A stretch of 64,000 nucleotides of DNA from Candidatus Methanosuratincola verstraetei (GTDB lineage Archaea; Thermoproteota; Methanomethylicia; Methanomethylicales; Methanomethylicaceae). Below are positions 8,915 to 18,731 of this stretch, one piece after another. The stretch spans positions 1,312,001-1,376,000 of the forward strand of contig CP186953.1 of assembly GCA_049570475.1 (NCBI GenBank), read 5' to 3'. The notes below the pieces were generated by a model. The model was not told the origin of the DNA, searched no databases, and was given only the letters and a program-made list of their open reading frames with translations. The position numbers and the translations under genes are program-made. The stretch's first letter is position 1. Every line of letters begins with the position of its first letter.

Positions 8915-10352
8915 CCTCATGGACAGCGCTTTGTACATTGTAGTCATTGCGTTCTACATGGTTGCATTGGCGGCAGTAGGCTGGCTTGGCAAGAAAAAGG
9001 TTAGCAGCATAAGCGACTGGTACGTGGGCGGGTTCAAGATAGGCGGGGTCGTAATGGGCGTCGCCTTCTTTGCCACTTACTTCAGCGCCGTCCTGATGAT
9101 AGGGTTCGCAGGCTCAGCTAGCAAGTGGGGTATGAGCGCGACTGTGATCGGCATGTGGCACGCCGTCTCGGCTGTGATCGCTTTTGCAGTCCTCGCGCCG
9201 AGGCTTTCCAAGGCATTCAGGGAGCTCAATGCAATGACATTCTCGGAGTTCCTGTCGCTCAGGTACGGCAGCAAGACTCTCCGCTATGCCTCAGCCCTGA
9301 TCATAGCGATCTTCATAATCCCTTACACAGTGTCTGCTTTCATCGCAATGGGATCTGCCATCTCGACAATTGTTGGCACCCCCTTCTGGATGGGCGTCCT
9401 CGTAGCTGGCGCTATCATAGCCGTCTATGTTTTCAGTGGCGGTCTCTTTTCAGCCACACTCGCCGAGTTCATCCAGGGCATTGTGATGACCATAGCTGTA
9501 GTGGCTGTGTGGGTCTTCTCATACTCGCTGCTCGGAGGCTTCGTGCAGGCACATGAAACCATGGCAGCGATTGACATTCGAAGCGTCACTTTCCCTGCCT
9601 TCGGCACAAACACTTGGAGCGTGATAATCGGCCTCACTGCTGTCATGGGTTTTGGGATGCTCGCCCAGCCGCAGATGGTGCTGAGGTACGCCACAATCTC
9701 CAGCCGGATGAACATAAAGCGCGCCCTCCTGATAGCCACATTCGGGTCGCTGCTATTCCCCCTTGCTGCCTACTCCTACGGCGCCCTCTCTAGGCCCATC
9801 CTTGCCAAATTCGGGATTGATGTCATGACCTTGAAGGACGACCTTATAGTGCCCCTCTTTGTTAAGACTGCATTCCCTCCTTGGCTGTCCGTGCTTTTCC
9901 TTGCGGGGATAATGTGCGCGGCGACCTCCACGATCGATGCACTGATCCACATGACAGCCGGGACGCTCACTAGGGACCTTGTGAGGCCTGCCTCAAAGAT
10001 GATGTCTGACAAGACTCAGCTGAGGATGACAAAGTTAATTTCGCTGATCCTCAGCTTGGGCTGCTGCATCATCGCGATCTACCCGCCTGGTCTGATTTAC
10101 CAGCTGACTGCGTACACCTGGCAGGTTCTCTCGAGCTCTTTCATGGGACCCCTAGTCATGGCGCTATTCTACAGAAGGGCGAACAAATACGGGGCCTTGG
10201 CTGGCATGGTTGCCGGCTTCGCCTCGGCGCAGCTATGGTACTTATTCCTTGCCCCTCCTGCGACCCCAATCTACCCGTTCTTCCCAGGCGTAGCCGCATC
10301 TTTGATTGTTACCTACCTGGTCAGCAGGTTCACAGGACCAAAACAAGCCTAA
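8901..10352 (+). CDS. sodium:solute symporter (SSS/PutP-PanF family)
   Basis: ~13 TM helices; ATYFSA..IGFAG, FSEFL..RYGS, AQPQMVLRY and AATSTID motifs. Confidence 0.9.
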   Translation: MPMSDLMDSALYIVVIAFYMVALAAVGWLGKKKVSSISDWYVGGFKIGGVVMGVAFFATYFSAVLMIGFAGSASKWGMSATVIGMWHAVSAVIAFAVLAPRLSKAFRELNAMTFSEFLSLRYGSKTLRYASALIIAIFIIPYTVSAFIAMGSAISTIVGTPFWMGVLVAGAIIAVYVFSGGLFSATLAEFIQGIVMTIAVVAVWVFSYSLLGGFVQAHETMAAIDIRSVTFPAFGTNTWSVIIGLTAVMGFGMLAQPQMVLRYATISSRMNIKRALLIATFGSLLFPLAAYSYGALSRPILAKFGIDVMTLKDDLIVPLFVKTAFPPWLSVLFLAGIMCAATSTIDALIHMTAGTLTRDLVRPASKMMSDKTQLRMTKLISLILSLGCCIIAIYPPGLIYQLTAYTWQVLSSSFMGPLVMALFYRRANKYGALAGMVAGFASAQLWYLFLAPPATPIYPFFPGVAASLIVTYLVSRFTGPKQA

Positions 10353-10430
10353 ATATTATATTTTTTTATTATAAAAAATAAACATATACAATATTAATTT
10401 AAAAAATAAATAAAATATAAAATTAAAGGA
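10353..10430. terminator. extremely AT-rich spacer between convergent genes; likely bidirectional T-tract terminator
   Basis: T-runs on both strands and almost no G/C over ~75 nt. Confidence 0.45.
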
Positions 10431-10940
10431 CTATTCTGAGCCAGTTTGCCTGAACGTAGGCGGAGGAAGCACCCTGAACTTGACGCTTGTCTTCGTCCCC
10501 TTCATCAGGTCCTCGACATCCGATGCGAACGCAATGAGGTCAATGTTAATCAGCACGAACCTACCGTCCTTAGAGCGCCTCAGCCTGATCTCTCCCTCCT
10601 TGACAGGGCTCCTCTGGGCAGGCGCCCCCTGATCTGCTTTCATACCGGTTCCCGACCTTGCCCTTTCGGGATCGAACCTTGACTCGTACTCGATGTATCC
10701 CATATTCCCTGCCTGTTGCCTTTCCTGCGCCTTGGGCTGGGCCGCGATGCCCTTTGTAGGAGGCGCATCTTGCTGCACCTTGATCTCCACGCCCAGCTCC
10801 TTTGCCTTGGCACCAAGCTCGCCCAAGATCTCCTCGGGGACCTCCCACACCTTCTCTTCCCTGTTCCATGTGCTGCCTGTGCCTGAGCTCTTGATCCACT
10901 GGACAAGCTCTGGCTTGTATCTGAATGAAACCTTGACCAT
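10431..10940 (-). CDS. hypothetical protein with N-terminal HARP-like domain
   Basis: VSFRYKPELVQWIKS...WNREEKVWEVP resembles the HARP pattern (F.Y...LI..IK......W......W); GGAG SD before the ATG at 10940. Confidence 0.6.
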   Translation of the reverse strand: MVKVSFRYKPELVQWIKSSGTGSTWNREEKVWEVPEEILGELGAKAKELGVEIKVQQDAPPTKGIAAQPKAQERQQAGNMGYIEYESRFDPERARSGTGMKADQGAPAQRSPVKEGEIRLRRSKDGRFVLINIDLIAFASDVEDLMKGTKTSVKFRVLPPPTFRQTGSE

Positions 10941-11031
10941 GTTTGGCAACTCCAACAAGATCTCTTTTCTAATGAACTATATATTACATGCCTTTCCATA
11001 ATATACGCAGAGCCGTTCAATTGAAGGAAGG

Positions 11032-11769
11032 GTGTTGGATCTGATTAACATCTACATTGTCGGTCCAGCAGGATCAGGCAAGAGCACCTTGGTGCAGTCC
11101 CTAGGCGGCTGGATGGAGTCCAAAGGGTATCGTGTTTCAAGGGTCAACTTGGACCCAGGTGCGGAGCTGATATGTTATCCGGTCGACTTTGACATCAGGG
11201 AATATGTCACTGTAACTGAGCTGATGAGAAGGGAGCAGCTCGGTCCGAATGGCGCACTCATCAGGGCTGCAGAGATGGTCGAGGCTAGGCTGGAGGAGAT
11301 ATCCAAAGCAATAGGATCTCGCGGCGGCGACTTCAGGATATTAGACACGCCCGGGCAGATGGAGATCTTCCTCTTCAGGAGTTTTGGCCCCTCCTTGGTC
11401 TCGAGGATATCCGGAAGATCCGCCTGCATTTTCACAATAGACCCCTCCTTGGCATCAACTTGGCTTGACGTGCCCGTGATAAAGCTGCTAGCACTCGTGA
11501 TTGAACTCAGGCTGGGGATTCCCGCGCTCGAGGCAATGACGAAATCGGACATGCACCGATCCGTGCCCTCATGGCTTGCCCTCGAAGGCGTCCCTTCGGC
11601 GCAGGTTGGTGGGCTTTCAGGTGAGCTGGCTTCGAGCTTAGCTTCCGTCGTGGGTGAGCTCGAGAAGAAAAGGAGGATCATCCCGGTGTCTTCGAAGACC
11701 GGGAAGGGTATTGAAGACCTGTACAAGGCGATCGGCGAGCTCTTCTGCTCATGCGGAGACCTCACCTAG
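11032..11769 (+). CDS. GPN-loop GTPase
   Basis: GPAGSGKST P-loop, NLDPG, LGPNG, DTPGQME and TKSD motifs. Confidence 0.9.
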   Translation: MLDLINIYIVGPAGSGKSTLVQSLGGWMESKGYRVSRVNLDPGAELICYPVDFDIREYVTVTELMRREQLGPNGALIRAAEMVEARLEEISKAIGSRGGDFRILDTPGQMEIFLFRSFGPSLVSRISGRSACIFTIDPSLASTWLDVPVIKLLALVIELRLGIPALEAMTKSDMHRSVPSWLALEGVPSAQVGGLSGELASSLASVVGELEKKRRIIPVSSKTGKGIEDLYKAIGELFCSCGDLT

Positions 11770-11772
11770 GAT

Positions 11773-13671
11773 CTAAAAGCTTGTAGGGACCTCCATCTTC
11801 CTCCCTGCAAATGCCCTGAATATGTCCGTCCCGCTCAGGACCCCTACCAGCTGCCCATTCCCGTTTTTGACAGGCAGCCTCCAGACGCCCCACTGCCGCA
11901 TTATCGCCGCTGCCTTTGCAATGTCCTCCTCGGCATCTACCGTGACCAGCGGTGTGGACATTATGCTGCTGAGCGACACGTCCTTGCCAAGACTGCCTAT
12001 CGAGATTACCTTGTAGAGTATGTCGCGGAGGGTTACGATTCCGATCGGAACCTCACCATCGGTCACGATAAGGCTTCCAACGTTGGCATCTTTCATGTAC
12101 TTTGCTGCCTCGTAGGCCGAAGTTCTCCTGTCGATGCTCTTCACGGACTTCTCCATCAGATCTTTGACCTTGACCTTTGCAAGCATCCTATTCAACGCCT
12201 TGCCGCTGGCGGTCCTTGGTATCGCCTCGACGAATTCAAAGATCCTCGGGACCTTGAAAGCCGCCAAATTCCTCCTGCAGTGCTCCTCGATCTCCTCGAC
12301 GGTTGCATTCTCACCATCCTTGAGTACCACGAAAGCCTTAACGTTCTCGCCCCTCACCGGATCTGGTATCCCGACGACAGCCACCTCCTTTACCTTCGGG
12401 TACTGGTGTATTACCTCCTCTACCTCCCTCGGGAAGACCTTGAAGCCGCTGGCGATTATCATCTCCTTCTTCCTGCCCACGATGGTTAGATAACCATCCT
12501 CGTCCAATTTGCCGAGATCCCCCGTGTGGAACCATCCGCCGGAGAAAGCCTCCTCTGTCTCCACCGGGCGGTTCCAGTATCCCTTCATCACATTGGGACC
12601 CCTTACCGCAATCTCCCCGACCTCGCCAGGCGGTAGTGCCCTCCCGTCGTCGTCTAATATCGCAATCTCCACCCCGGGAATCGGCGGTCCGACCGACCCG
12701 GGCTTCCTGAGCCCCCTGTAAGGGTTTGATGTTATTACAGGGGCAGTCTCGGTCATGCCATATCGCTCGAGTATCTCAACTCCAAACTTCTCCTTGAACT
12801 TGTTGAAAGCCTCAACTGGCATCGGTGCAGATCCTACCGTCCACAACCTGACCGAAGAAACGTCATGGGATGTGCTCTTCTCCTCGAGGAGCTTGATGTA
12901 CATGGTCGGGACTCCCATGAAGACCGTGCACCTCTCCCGCCTGATGTCTTCAAGCACCTTCGCCGCGTCAAACCTCTCGTGGAGGAGGACGGTGTAGCCG
13001 CAGTAAGCCATTCCGTGAATGACTATCCCTAACCCGTGGATGTGAAACATCGGGAGGGCCATGAGCACCTTGTCGCCTTCATTGAGCTCCCAGATCGAAG
13101 CAAGCGTGCCTATGTTTGAGAGGAAATTCCTGTGCGTGAGCATTGCCCCTTTGGAGAGGCCAGTGGTTCCGGACGTGTAGCATATCACCGCGAGGTCTTC
13201 CTCGGCATTCATGCTGGGTATCGGGGTATCGTCGAAACCCTCCAAGATCTTGTAAAAAGGCCTGATGCCTTCAGGGGCTCTCTCGGATGTAACGATGATC
13301 GCTTTCACTGTCTTCAGATCTTTCATTACCTCCTGAACGAACTGCAGGTTCGCCTCCGAGGTCACGACTGCTGCTGCCCCTGAGTCATTTATCATATGCC
13401 TGAGCTCATGCTTCCTGTACATCACATTAAGGGGGACTGTAACGCCTCCGCACTTCAGTATCCCAAAGTGGGCAATTGCGAACTCAGGGGAATTCTGCAT
13501 GAATATGCAGACCCTTTCCCCCTTGCCGACCCCTAATGCTGAAAGCGCCTTGGCAAACCTGGTGGAGAGCGAGTCAAGCTCCCCAAAGGTATAATCCCTA
13601 TCCTTCCATTTCAGCGCTACCTTGGAGTTGAGCCTATTCGCGGTCTTTGAGAATATCGAGTCTATGCTCAC
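11773..13671 (-). CDS. long-chain acyl-CoA synthetase fused to a C-terminal CBS pair
   Basis: YTSGTTGLSKG, YGMTE, GWFHTGDLG and PRTASGK, followed by two CBS repeats (VKDLM...GIVTLRDI; IMSTPLVTV...RLPV). Confidence 0.9.
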   Translation of the reverse strand: MSIDSIFSKTANRLNSKVALKWKDRDYTFGELDSLSTRFAKALSALGVGKGERVCIFMQNSPEFAIAHFGILKCGGVTVPLNVMYRKHELRHMINDSGAAAVVTSEANLQFVQEVMKDLKTVKAIIVTSERAPEGIRPFYKILEGFDDTPIPSMNAEEDLAVICYTSGTTGLSKGAMLTHRNFLSNIGTLASIWELNEGDKVLMALPMFHIHGLGIVIHGMAYCGYTVLLHERFDAAKVLEDIRRERCTVFMGVPTMYIKLLEEKSTSHDVSSVRLWTVGSAPMPVEAFNKFKEKFGVEILERYGMTETAPVITSNPYRGLRKPGSVGPPIPGVEIAILDDDGRALPPGEVGEIAVRGPNVMKGYWNRPVETEEAFSGGWFHTGDLGKLDEDGYLTIVGRKKEMIIASGFKVFPREVEEVIHQYPKVKEVAVVGIPDPVRGENVKAFVVLKDGENATVEEIEEHCRRNLAAFKVPRIFEFVEAIPRTASGKALNRMLAKVKVKDLMEKSVKSIDRRTSAYEAAKYMKDANVGSLIVTDGEVPIGIVTLRDILYKVISIGSLGKDVSLSSIMSTPLVTVDAEEDIAKAAAIMRQWGVWRLPVKNGNGQLVGVLSGTDIFRAFAGRKMEVPTSF

Positions 13672-13821
13672 CCGATGCCACCTACATAACCAACTTTTGC
13701 CATTTTTATAAGGTTTGATGATTATAATTATTTATAATAATGGAGCCAACCCTAGACCCTGGTCCATATTGAACAAAAATTATAATTATAGTTCTACATA
13801 ATATTCCACAGAGGAATTCTT

Positions 13822-14742
13822 ATGTCTCTCTCAGCGCCGCAAAAGGAGATAGTGGTTGCGCTTCTCGAGCTTTATGACAAGAAGCGGTCCCTTGTGAAGA
13901 GCAAGGAGATTGCAGCACGAACAGGAAGGGACGAGGGCACGGTCAGGAACATCATGCCAGTCCTTAGGGCCATCGGGCTGGTTGAGGCGATTCCTGGGCC
14001 TAAAGGGGGGTACCTCCCAACTAGCAAGGCATACGAGAGCTTCAACGTCCCTAAGGGGCCTAGATCGCTTTCTGTTCCGATCTACACAAAGCAAGGGGAG
14101 AGGACTGAAGTCACGGTTACTGACATCCTGTTCAAGAGCGTCTTCAGCCCAGACTTCTGCCAGGCAATACTGAAGGTCATCGGAAATCTCTCAAGGTTCA
14201 ATATAGGGGAGGAGATCGTGATCGGCCCGACCCCTTCAGGAAGGATGGTGATTGAGGGGAAGATCGCAGGCAGGGACGACCTCCATGGGGAGATCCTATT
14301 GGATGTGATAACCCTGATCAGCATACCCCGCGTCACCGTCGGCGAGGTGATGTCGAAGAGGATAGTCTCAGTCCCCGCGGACGCCCCCCTGAGGACAGCT
14401 GCTGAGACGCTCTACAAAGAGATGATAAGGGCGGCCCCGATCGTTGAGGATGGCAAACTGGTGGGGATGATCACAAGTTCCGACATCTCGAGGTGCGTAA
14501 CCGAGGGCAAAATGCACCTGACAGTCCGAGAGGCTGCCACCAGGAAACCAGTGCTAATAGGCATTGATGAGGACATACTCCAGGCAATGGAGAAGATGCA
14601 GCGGTCCAGCATCGGCAGGCTCGTCGTTGTCGATCCAGAGAGTAGGCCAGTCGGAATAATCACTAGGACCGACATCCTGCTCAGGATACTGAAGCCCTTC
14701 GAGATGATAGAGTCAAGGAAACCCGAAAACCGGGTCGTCTAG
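13822..14742 (+). CDS. HTH + CBS-pair transcriptional regulator (COG2524-like)
   Basis: N-terminal wHTH (GTVRNIM..LRAIGLVEAIPGPKGGY) and C-terminal CBS pair. Confidence 0.85.
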   Translation: MSLSAPQKEIVVALLELYDKKRSLVKSKEIAARTGRDEGTVRNIMPVLRAIGLVEAIPGPKGGYLPTSKAYESFNVPKGPRSLSVPIYTKQGERTEVTVTDILFKSVFSPDFCQAILKVIGNLSRFNIGEEIVIGPTPSGRMVIEGKIAGRDDLHGEILLDVITLISIPRVTVGEVMSKRIVSVPADAPLRTAAETLYKEMIRAAPIVEDGKLVGMITSSDISRCVTEGKMHLTVREAATRKPVLIGIDEDILQAMEKMQRSSIGRLVVVDPESRPVGIITRTDILLRILKPFEMIESRKPENRVV

Positions 14743-14747
14743 CCTGC

Positions 14748-15998
14748 TTATTGGGTCTGGGGCGGCGCCTCCGGCCTGATCATTTCTGAAACCGCCTTGA
14801 GGTCAGGCGGAATCTCGATCGGCTTGCCGCACACGCTGATCACCTCTTCAGGATCCTTGAGCAAGTGCCCTGTGCAGACACACACAATCTCGGCGTCCCT
14901 GTTCATCGATCCGGACATAACCGCCTTCTTCACCCCTGCAACGGAGGCGGCACTTGCAGGCTCGACGCCGATTCCCTCGAGGCAAGCTATCATCTTCTGG
15001 GTTTCAATTATCTCCTCATCCGTTACCGAGTCGTAGAGCCCAGACGATCTCCTGATTGCGTCCACAGCCTTCGGCCAGTTCACTGGGTTCCCTATCCTGA
15101 TTGCAGTGGCTACTGTTTCTGGTGCCTTGACTGGGCTGAGCCTCTCGAGGTTCTTCCTGAGCATTTCCACAACCGGGGCAGCGCCTGCAGCCTGGACACC
15201 GAACATCCTCGGCTTATCCTTGGTCAGCCCTGCGCCTTCTAGCTCAACGAACCCTTTCCATATCGCTGAGATGTTGCCGCAGTTGCCCATAGGGACCGCG
15301 ACCACCTCGGGGACATGTCCAAGCTGATCAACGAGCTCGAATGCGAGGGTCTTCTGCCCCTCTAGCCTCCATGGGTTTATGCTGTTGAGGAGGTATATCC
15401 CCATGCTCTTCGAGACGTCCATGACCAGCTTGAGTGCCTGATCGAAGTTCCCCTTGACTGAGATAACCTTCGCCCCATGCATCAGCGCCTGCGCAAGCTT
15501 GCCCATCGCAACCTTTCCCGAGGGCAGTATCACGTAGCAGGTGAGCCCAGATCTAGCGGCATAGGCTGCCAATGAAGCTGAAGTGTTGCCAGTCGAAGCG
15601 CAGGCGACTGCCTTCGATCCTAGGCTCTTCGCCTTAGTGACCCCAACAGTCATCCCCCTGTCCTTGAAGCTCCCGGTAGGGTTCCTCCCCTCATACTTTA
15701 TGAAAAGCCTCCTTACGCCCGCCCACTTCGCAAGCCTGTCGCACCTGTAAAGTGGGGTGCCCCCCTCATCCAGCGTGACTATCTCTGCACCTTCCTCTAT
15801 GGGGATGAACTCCTTGTATCTCCATACCCCGAATGCCCTCTTTGAGAAGTCGTCAAATGTGGCCTTTGGGGGTTCCATGCACACCTCGAGCAGCCCCCCA
15901 CATTCCGTGCAACTGTATATTACCTCGTCAGGATTGAATTCCGCGTTGCAGCCTATGCACCTGAGCCTGACATCAGACAAACTTTGCACCCTCTTCAC
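14748..15998 (-). CDS. thrC: threonine synthase
   Basis: NPTGSFKDRG PLP lysine, CASTGNTSAS, EGQKT and EPASAAS; N-terminal Zn ribbon. Confidence 0.93.
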   Translation of the reverse strand: MKRVQSLSDVRLRCIGCNAEFNPDEVIYSCTECGGLLEVCMEPPKATFDDFSKRAFGVWRYKEFIPIEEGAEIVTLDEGGTPLYRCDRLAKWAGVRRLFIKYEGRNPTGSFKDRGMTVGVTKAKSLGSKAVACASTGNTSASLAAYAARSGLTCYVILPSGKVAMGKLAQALMHGAKVISVKGNFDQALKLVMDVSKSMGIYLLNSINPWRLEGQKTLAFELVDQLGHVPEVVAVPMGNCGNISAIWKGFVELEGAGLTKDKPRMFGVQAAGAAPVVEMLRKNLERLSPVKAPETVATAIRIGNPVNWPKAVDAIRRSSGLYDSVTDEEIIETQKMIACLEGIGVEPASAASVAGVKKAVMSGSMNRDAEIVCVCTGHLLKDPEEVISVCGKPIEIPPDLKAVSEMIRPEAPPQTQ

Positions 15999-16911
15999 TA
16001 ATCCTATGGATCGAGAATTTGGACCTAACGCCTGCCTCGCTGAATTGGTCTACCATCCTCTCGCCGATCTGAGCCCCCATGCCCTGTGGGGCAATTGCGA
16101 AGACCGAAGGGCCTGCGCCGCTTATGCTGCAGCCGTATGCCCCAGCCCCCAATGCCGCCTTCTTAACTTCCAAAAAGCCGGGGATGAGCTTGGCCCTTGC
16201 GGGCTCGACTATCCGGTCGCCTGAAATTCCCTCCCCAGCCATTTTCGGGTCGTTGTTCATGATCCCCATCAAAAGGAGGGCAAAGGAACTCATCTGCGAG
16301 ACAACCGTCCCCAGCATCACTGATGCCGGAAGGACTTCCCTCGCGAGCCTCGTTTTTTCCTGGGCGATCTCCACCTCCGGTGCCACCTCCACAACCTCAA
16401 CGCCCGTTAGCGGGCGGAGCTTCATAACCTTGACCGGATTGTAGCGGAGGATCGCAATTATCCCTCCGAGAAGTGACGGCGCTACATTGTCCGCATGCGC
16501 TGAACCGCATGCCGCCCTCTCCCCCTCCATCGCGCATTCGAGAACTTCAATCTCGCTCAGCGGGCTTCCAATAAGGAAATTTGCAGCGAAAGCGCCAGCT
16601 GCAGACGAAGCTCCCGAACTGCCCATACCCATCCTGGGAGGAACCCCTTTTTTAAGGATCATCTTGAGTCCATAACCAGCCACACCCGCCCTTCTCAGGA
16701 CTGCTCTTGCCGCCACAATGGAAGAGTTCTGGTCTGGCTCTGCTGATATCGTGTCCCCGCCTATCCCCTCGACTTCTATCTCGTCACTGGCAGACTTTAC
16801 TAGGCTGGCCCGAAGCGAATCCCTCGGGCTATCCAATGCCATCCCCATTAGATCGTAACCAGGCCCAAGATTTGCTATCGTGGCAGGGGCAGATACCTCG
16901 ACGGTTTTCAC
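15973..16911 (-). CDS. thrB: homoserine kinase
   Basis: APATIANLGPGYD, GHMP motif PPRMGMGSSGAS, HADNVAP and ISGAGPS. Confidence 0.93.
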   Translation of the reverse strand: MKTVEVSAPATIANLGPGYDLMGMALDSPRDSLRASLVKSASDEIEVEGIGGDTISAEPDQNSSIVAARAVLRRAGVAGYGLKMILKKGVPPRMGMGSSGASSAAGAFAANFLIGSPLSEIEVLECAMEGERAACGSAHADNVAPSLLGGIIAILRYNPVKVMKLRPLTGVEVVEVAPEVEIAQEKTRLAREVLPASVMLGTVVSQMSSFALLLMGIMNNDPKMAGEGISGDRIVEPARAKLIPGFLEVKKAALGAGAYGCSISGAGPSVFAIAPQGMGAQIGERMVDQFSEAGVRSKFSIHRISEEGAKFV

Positions 16912-17094
16912 AAGCCAAAACCTCCTCTCCAGATTAGTTTTTCCTGGTAATTAAGGGTTAGCCATTCTTGTGCTATGGGAATTGATTGTTTTTTGACAAC
17001 ATTAGGATCGCAGCGTAAGGATTCCTTAAATTATTTTTATTATTCACGAAACTCATATTAGGACCTACTATCGATAATTGATCGGTGAAATTCT

Positions 17095-17424
17095 TTGCCA
17101 GAAGTAAGGGTCGCTAAAGTCTCTGAAATCCCTCCAGGAACTAAGAAGAGCATCAAAGCCTCCAAAACCAGGGTACTGATATCGAATGTTGATGGCAAGT
17201 TCTACGCAACGCAATCTGTCTGCAGCCACCTGAATAACCCTCTCTTCACAGGGCGCCTCCAGGGCAGCACGATCTGGTGCGACATGCATTGGGCCGCCTT
17301 CAACGTGACTACCGGAGAGGTCGTGAAGCTCCCTGACGGTTATTCCTTGGATAAGATTCCGCCACTCAAGACCTACCCTGTCCGTGTCGAGGGCGAGGAC
17401 ATAATTGTGGAAGTGCCTGAGTGA
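17095..17424 (+). CDS. Rieske [2Fe-2S] ferredoxin
   Basis: CSH...CDMH (CxH/CxxH) ligands; FNVTTG..., LKTYPVRVEG. Confidence 0.88.
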   Translation: MPEVRVAKVSEIPPGTKKSIKASKTRVLISNVDGKFYATQSVCSHLNNPLFTGRLQGSTIWCDMHWAAFNVTTGEVVKLPDGYSLDKIPPLKTYPVRVEGEDIIVEVPE

Positions 17425-17565
17425 GTCTTTCTTTTCCATTTTTTAACCTATTGAAGGAAGCCTGCGCCCTCCAGTCCACGGGCGTTTGTATTTAAAAGCA
17501 TTCTTGCCGATTTAGCTGAGCCAATACATAGATTTAAATCCTAGGCTTCTTGGTTTTTATCGAAG

Positions 17566-18669
17566 GTGCCTGGGTTGGAGACAAATTTCAAGTTCTTTAG
17601 CAAGAAAAAAGAAGAAATCCGCCTGACCCCTGAGGTCATAGCCGAAAGGAAAGCCCTGCTCAGCCAGCCCGTGGAGCCAGTCGACCTTGAGAAGGCGGTT
17701 ACAATAAAGGATCTCGTCGAGTCATGGAAGGATTGCGGGATCCAGTCTAGGAGTCTTGCCGAATGTGCTATGGTCTACGAGAACATGCTGACGGATCCGG
17801 ATCGCCCGACTGTGATGATCGGGCTATCTGGGGCGCTCATAGCCGGAGGTCTACGTAAAGTCCTCAGCACGATGATTAAGAAGGGCATAGTCGATGTGAT
17901 TGTCTCCACTGGCGCCATCCTTTACCAGGACTACTATACTGCAATGGGATACAGGCATTACAAGGGTACCCCAAACGCTGACGATTCTGCCCTGCATGAT
18001 CTTTACATCGACAGGATATACGACGCCTATGTCGATGAGATTGGCTTCGTCAAATGCGACGATGCCATATCCGAGTTCTGCACCACCCTCGAGCCAAGGC
18101 GCTACTCGACTAGGGAGTTTCTCCAAGCCTTGGGATCCACGACAAAGGATGACGACTCTATACTTTACAATGCCTACAAGTACGGAGTCCCGGTCTTCTG
18201 CCCCGCGATTGCTGACAGCTCGATAGGAATAGGCTTGGCGGGCTACTACAGGTGGGCGAAGAAAAACGGTGCCGAGACATTCGTTTTAGATGTAATGCAG
18301 GATAACTTTGAGATCGCCCAGATCGTGCTAAAGTCAAAGAAGACCGGATCCATTTACGTGGGGGGCGGCGTCCCGAAGAACTACATCAACGATGCCGCAG
18401 TGATGCTGGACTACACGCGCGGGCACTCTTACGCCTTCCAGATTACCGCCGATGCCCCCCACTGGGGAGGGCTCACTGGCAGTACCCTCGACGAGGCGAA
18501 GTCCTGGGGCAAAGTTTCAGCCAAGGCAACGCGCGCAACAGTCTATACTGAGTCCACAATTGGCCTCCCCCTCATAGTCGGTTACATCCTGCAGAAGGGC
18601 GTCCACGCTGGGAGGAAGCGGCTGAGATTCAATTGGAAAGAGAATGGACTGGACATAGACCAATATTAG
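17566..18669 (+). CDS. deoxyhypusine synthase family protein
   Basis: IDRIYD, FCPAIADSSIG, GGGVPKN and GGLTGSTLDEAKSWGK motifs. Confidence 0.88.
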   Translation: MPGLETNFKFFSKKKEEIRLTPEVIAERKALLSQPVEPVDLEKAVTIKDLVESWKDCGIQSRSLAECAMVYENMLTDPDRPTVMIGLSGALIAGGLRKVLSTMIKKGIVDVIVSTGAILYQDYYTAMGYRHYKGTPNADDSALHDLYIDRIYDAYVDEIGFVKCDDAISEFCTTLEPRRYSTREFLQALGSTTKDDDSILYNAYKYGVPVFCPAIADSSIGIGLAGYYRWAKKNGAETFVLDVMQDNFEIAQIVLKSKKTGSIYVGGGVPKNYINDAAVMLDYTRGHSYAFQITADAPHWGGLTGSTLDEAKSWGKVSAKATRATVYTESTIGLPLIVGYILQKGVHAGRKRLRFNWKENGLDIDQY

Positions 18670-18731
18670 ATCGAATTGCATTCACAGTGGGCGCAACTCA
18701 GCCCCTTCCAGAACCCCCATTTTCGGAAGCT

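Noticed and set aside
10353-10430. AT-rich tracts (also 5400-5530 and 51240-51370) as replication origin or CRISPR leader
   Set aside because: No ORB-like repeats, cdc6/orc1 gene or repeat-spacer array nearby; better explained as terminators or promoters.
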